Source: a virus (Duplodnaviria > Heunggongvirae > Uroviricota > Caudoviricetes). From it: a stretch of DNA of 9,665 nt. The stretch lies in IMG/VR virus record IMGVR_UViG_2681813316_000027, positions 1 through 9,665 of that record, one strand, 5' to 3'. The translations under genes were made by a program, and so were the position numbers. This document shows, in pieces, positions 6,092 through 9,665 of the stretch (its first letter is position 1; each line of letters begins with the position of its first letter). The notes beneath the pieces were generated by a model. The model worked only from the letters and a program-made list of their open reading frames with translations. It made no database searches and was not told the DNA's origin.

Positions 6092-6418
6092 TCAAATAAG
6101 TGGTTTGCTGCCTAATTTCATTTTCTGGCGACCAACACAAGTCACCCCCATTTCACTGCGTGGCTTGCTGTACCATGTGCGCTGATTCTTGCGCTCAATA
6201 CGCTGCAGGTTGCTTTCAATCTGTTCGTGGTATTCAGCCAGCACTGTAAGGTCTATCGGATTTAGTGCGCTTTCTACTCGTGATTTCGGTTTGCGATTCA
6301 GCGAGAGAATAGGGCGGTTAACTGGTTTTGCGCTTACCCCAACCAACAGTGGATTTGCTGCTTTCCATTGAGCCTGTTTCTCTGCGCGACGTTCGCGGCG
6401 GCGTGTTTGTGCATCCAT
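6092..6418 (-). CDS. N: Antitermination protein N (108 aa), lambda type
   Basis: ORF track 6092..6418(-). MDAQTRRRERRAEKQAQWKAANPLLVGVSAKPVNRPILSLNRKPKSRVESALNPIDLTVLAEYH... matches my recollection of lambda N, including the arginine-rich boxB-binding motif; the C-terminal roughly 20 residues diverge. Ribosome-binding site CAGGAGAATCCAG then ATG. Confidence 0.9.
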   Translation of the reverse strand: MDAQTRRRERRAEKQAQWKAANPLLVGVSAKPVNRPILSLNRKPKSRVESALNPIDLTVLAEYHEQIESNLQRIERKNQRTWYSKPRSEMGVTCVGRQKMKLGSKPLI

Positions 6419-6686
6419 CTGGATTCTCCTGTCAGTTAGCTTTGGTGGTGTGGTGGCTGGTAGTCTAGCTCCAGCTTGTTGAGTCTCATTCGGAGGGGTA
6501 TAACCGGCACCCCAGCGATTTTTCCATGCGACAACGTGCGCGTTATGGCGGCCTTATCGCCCGCGGCTCCCCATCTCGTCCACGCTATTGCTAGCGTTGG
6601 GAGCGCTTCACCGCTCAACAGTAGGTAAGCACTTGCCAGTGACTAGCTGGCTTCACCACACCCCAAAGCCTTCTGCTTTGAATGCT
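6419..6686 (-). promoter_or_regulatory. N leader with long-range stem (probable RNase III processing structure) enclosing a GC-rich insert of about 215 nt
   Basis: In the minus-strand RNA, GGGGUGUGGUG (plus 6654-6664) can pair with CACCACACC within plus 6444-6456, about 200 nt apart. The two ends and the N ribosome-binding site match the lambda N leader as I recall it; the interior does not. Confidence 0.5.
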
Positions 6687-6717
6687 GCCCTTCTTCAGGG
6701 CTTAATTTTTAAGAGCC
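6687..6717 (-). promoter_or_regulatory. nutL: boxA (GGCTCTTAA) and boxB hairpin (GCCCTGAAGAAGGGC)
   Basis: Minus-strand reading GGCTCTTAAAAATTAAGCCCTGAAGAAGGGC. boxB at plus 6687-6701 and boxA at plus 6709-6717. Near-identical to lambda nutL as I recall it (CGCTCTTAA...GCCCTGAAGAAGGGC), with one change in boxA. Confidence 0.85.
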
Positions 6718-6761
6718 TCACCTTCATGGTGGTCAGTGCGTCCTGCTGATGGCTTAAAATT

Positions 6762-6829
6762 ACAAGAAAGATTGTATGTTGTAAACAAGAAATATTGTAA
6801 AAAGGGGCGTGAAAAACAAACTCCATTGT
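6762..6829 (-). promoter_or_regulatory. OL operators (three 434-type 14-bp sites) overlapping the pL promoter
   Basis: ACAAGAAAGATTGT (6762-6775), ACAAGAAATATTGT (6785-6798), ACAAACTCCATTGT (6816-6829). All fit the 434 repressor/Cro ACAA-N6-TTGT pattern. Candidate pL -35 TTTACA and -10 TAATTT lie on the minus strand within this block. The leftward transcript would reach nutL about 40-70 nt downstream. Confidence 0.8.
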
Positions 6830-6878
6830 TTTTAAATGAAAAATAGTTTGTTTTTGGTTATCGAGATTGAGGTGGGGA

Positions 6879-8231
<1,353 letters not shown>

Positions 8232-8239
8232 GACATTCC

Positions 8240-8271
8240 CGCTCTTACACATCCCAGCCCTGAAAAAGGGC
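8240..8271 (+). promoter_or_regulatory. nutR: boxA CGCTCTTAC and boxB GCCCTGAAAAAGGGC; the rho-dependent tR1 region follows up to cII
   Basis: boxA at 8240-8248 and boxB hairpin at 8257-8271. Near-identical to lambda nutR as I recall it. Confidence 0.85.
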
Positions 8272-8350
8272 ATCAAAATAAACCACACCTATGGTGTATG
8301 CATTTATTTGCATACATTCAATCAATTGTTATCTAAGGAAATACTTACAT

Positions 8351-8644
8351 ATGGTTCGTGCAAACAAACGCAACGAGGCTCTACGAATCGAGAGTGCGTT
8401 GCTTAACAAAATCGCAATGCTTGGAACTGAGAAGACAGCGGAAGCTGTGGGAGTTGATAAGTCGCAGATCAGCAGGTGGAAGAGGGATTGGATTCCAAAG
8501 TTCTCAATGCTGCTTGCTGTTCTTGAATGGGGTGTCGTCGACGACGACATGGCTCGATTGGCACGACAAGTTGCTTCGATTCTCACCAATAAAAAACGCC
8601 CGGCGGCAACCGAGCGTTCTGAACAAATCCAGATGGAATTCTGA
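8351..8644 (+). CDS. cII: Transcriptional activator CII (97 aa), lambda type
   Basis: ORF track 8291..8644(+) trimmed to the ATG at 8351. MVRANKRNEALRIESALLNKIAMLGTEKTAEAVGVDKSQISRWKRDWIPKFSMLLAVLEWGVVDDDMARLARQVASILTNKKRPAATERSEQIQMEF is essentially lambda CII. Confidence 0.95.
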   Translation: MVRANKRNEALRIESALLNKIAMLGTEKTAEAVGVDKSQISRWKRDWIPKFSMLLAVLEWGVVDDDMARLARQVASILTNKKRPAATERSEQIQMEF

Positions 8645-8666
8645 GGTTATTACTGGAACTATCAAC
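8590..8666 (-). ncRNA. oop: oop antisense RNA (about 77 nt), overlapping the 3' end of cII
   Basis: Placed by homology to lambda from memory. Minus-strand terminator GCCGCCGGGCG followed by UUUUUUAUU (plus 8587-8607). Transcript start is predicted about 7 nt downstream of the pO -10. Coordinates are approximate to within a few nt. Confidence 0.6.
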
Positions 8667-8673
8667 AGGAGTC

Positions 8674-8702
8674 ATTATGACAAATACAGCAAAAATACTC
8701 AA
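8674..8702 (-). promoter_or_regulatory. pO promoter for oop (minus strand)
   Basis: Minus-strand -35 TTGAGT (plus 8697-8702), 17-nt spacer, -10 CATAAT (plus 8674-8679, overlapping the O start codon). Confidence 0.5.
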
Positions 8703-9576
8703 CTTCGGCAGAGGTAACTTTGCCGGACAGGAGCGTAATGTGGCAGATCTCGATGATGGTTACGCCAGACTATCAAATATGCTGCTTGAGGCTTATTCAG
8801 GCGCAGATCTGACCAAGCGACAGTTTAAAGTGCTGCTTGCCATTCTGCGTAAAACCTATGGGTGGAATAAACCAATGGACAGAATCACCGATTCTCAACT
8901 TAGCGAGATTACAAAGTTACCTGTCAAACGGTGCAATGAAGCCAAGTTAGAACTCGTCAGAATGAATATTATCAAGCAGCAAGGCGGCATGTTTGGACCA
9001 AATAAAAACATCTCAGAATGGTGTATCCCTCAAAACGAGGGAAAATCCCCTAAAACGAGGGATAAAACATCCCTCAAATTGGGGGATTGCTATCCCTCAA
9101 AACAGGGGAACACAAAAGACACTAATACAAAAGAAAATAGAAAAGATTATTCGTCAGAGAATTCTGGCGAATCCTCTGACCAGCCAGAAAACGACCTTTC
9201 TGTGGTGAAACCTGATGCTGCAATTCAGAGCGGCAGCAAGTGGGGGACAGCAGAAGACCTGACCGCCGCAGAGTGGATGTTTGACATGGTGAAGACTATC
9301 GCGCCATCAGCCAGAAAACCGAATTTTGCAGGGTGGGCTAACGATATCCGCCTGATGCGTGAACGTGACGGACGTAACCACCGCGATATGTGTGTGCTGT
9401 TCCGCTGGGCCTGCCAGGACAACTTCTGGTCCGGTAATGTGCTGAGCCCGGCCAAACTCCGCGACAAGTGGACCCAGCTCGAAATCAACCGTAACAAGCA
9501 ACAGGCAGTCGTGACAGCCAGCAAACCAAAACTCGACCTGACAAACACAGACTGGATTTACGGGGTGGATTTATGA
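8677..9576 (+). CDS. O: Replication initiator O (299 aa), lambda type
   Basis: ORF track 8677..9576(+). MTNTAKILNFGRGNFAGQERNVADLDDGYARLSNMLLEAYSG... matches lambda O as I recall it. Contains the ori iterons. Its stop overlaps the P start (ATGA). Confidence 0.95.
   Translation: MTNTAKILNFGRGNFAGQERNVADLDDGYARLSNMLLEAYSGADLTKRQFKVLLAILRKTYGWNKPMDRITDSQLSEITKLPVKRCNEAKLELVRMNIIKQQGGMFGPNKNISEWCIPQNEGKSPKTRDKTSLKLGDCYPSKQGNTKDTNTKENRKDYSSENSGESSDQPENDLSVVKPDAAIQSGSKWGTAEDLTAAEWMFDMVKTIAPSARKPNFAGWANDIRLMRERDGRNHRDMCVLFRWACQDNFWSGNVLSPAKLRDKWTQLEINRNKQQAVVTASKPKLDLTNTDWIYGVDL
9026..9150. repeat. ori-lambda-type replication origin: four iterons followed by an A/T-rich tract, inside O
   Basis: Iterons TCCCTCAAAACGAGGGA (9026-9042), TCCCCTAAAACGAGGGA (9046-9062), TCCCTCAAATTGGGGGA (9070-9086), TCCCTCAAAACAGGGGA (9093-9109), each an internal inverted repeat. 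The tract 9110-9150 is about 80% A+T. Confidence 0.85.
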
Positions 9577-9665
9577 AAAACATCGCCGCACAGATGGTTA
9601 ACTTTGACCGTGAGCAGATGCGTCGGATCGCCAACAACATGCCGGAACAGTACGACGAAAAGCCT
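9573..9665 (+). CDS. P: Replication protein P (helicase loader), N-terminal 31 codons; truncated by the window edge
   Basis: ATG at 9573 overlapping the O stop. MKNIAAQMVNFDREQMRRIANNMPEQYDEKP matches the lambda P N-terminus as I recall it. Not in the ORF track because the ORF is open at the window edge. Confidence 0.9.
   Translation, partial: MKNIAAQMVNFDREQMRRIANNMPEQYDEKP

Noticed and set aside
5431-6371. Plus-strand ORFs 5431..5820, 5627..5830, 5896..6099 and 6189..6371
   Set aside because: Antisense to the 207-aa gene or to N, with no ribosome-binding sites.
6436-6618. 60-aa minus-strand ORF inside the N leader
   Set aside because: It would start at TTG with no Shine-Dalgarno sequence, and it lies in a GC-rich region with strong predicted RNA structure. 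Treated as a non-coding leader.
6419-6686. Possibility that the GC-rich structured segment with flanking inverted repeats is a retron msr/msd, a group I/II intron or another RT-associated ncRNA
   Set aside because: There is no reverse transcriptase or intron-encoded ORF anywhere in the window. The flanking repeats coincide with the ends of the lambda-type N leader stem, which explains them more simply.
8993-9548. ORFs 8993..9208(+), 9225..9548(-) and 9307..9501(-) inside O
   Set aside because: Alternative-frame or antisense ORFs within the O gene; the first runs through the ori iterons. The O frame matches lambda O throughout.

Overview
The window is the early/immunity region of a mosaic lambdoid prophage. 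All sequence identifications below rest on my recollection of phage lambda and phage 434 sequences, not on a database search. The centre is a phage-434-type immunity cassette: cI repressor (7280..7912, -), cro (8016..8231, +), and six 14-bp ACAA...TTGT operators (OR1-3, OL1-3). It is flanked by lambda-type control and replication functions: N with nutL on the left; nutR, cII, the oop antisense RNA, O with the ori iterons, and the start of P on the right. Left of N, a minus-strand delayed-early operon runs to xis at the window edge, and the integrase presumably lies just beyond it. This operon does not carry the lambda exo-bet-gam set. It carries a Rad52-like annealing protein, an HNH endonuclease and an SSB with overlapping stop/start codons, small cIII-like and unknown ORFs, and several intrinsic terminators. 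The most interesting cargo is a 266-aa protein (484..1284) whose motifs resemble the tRNA-guanine transglycosylase (TGT)/DpdA catalytic core, suggesting a 7-deazaguanine DNA-modification enzyme. Other candidates are a secreted protein translationally coupled to cI (the lambda rexAB position), a secreted DUF1311/LprI-like protein, an unknown 207-aa protein immediately after N, and a non-lambda GC-rich insert in the N leader. No CRISPR array, tRNA, rRNA or transposon is visible.
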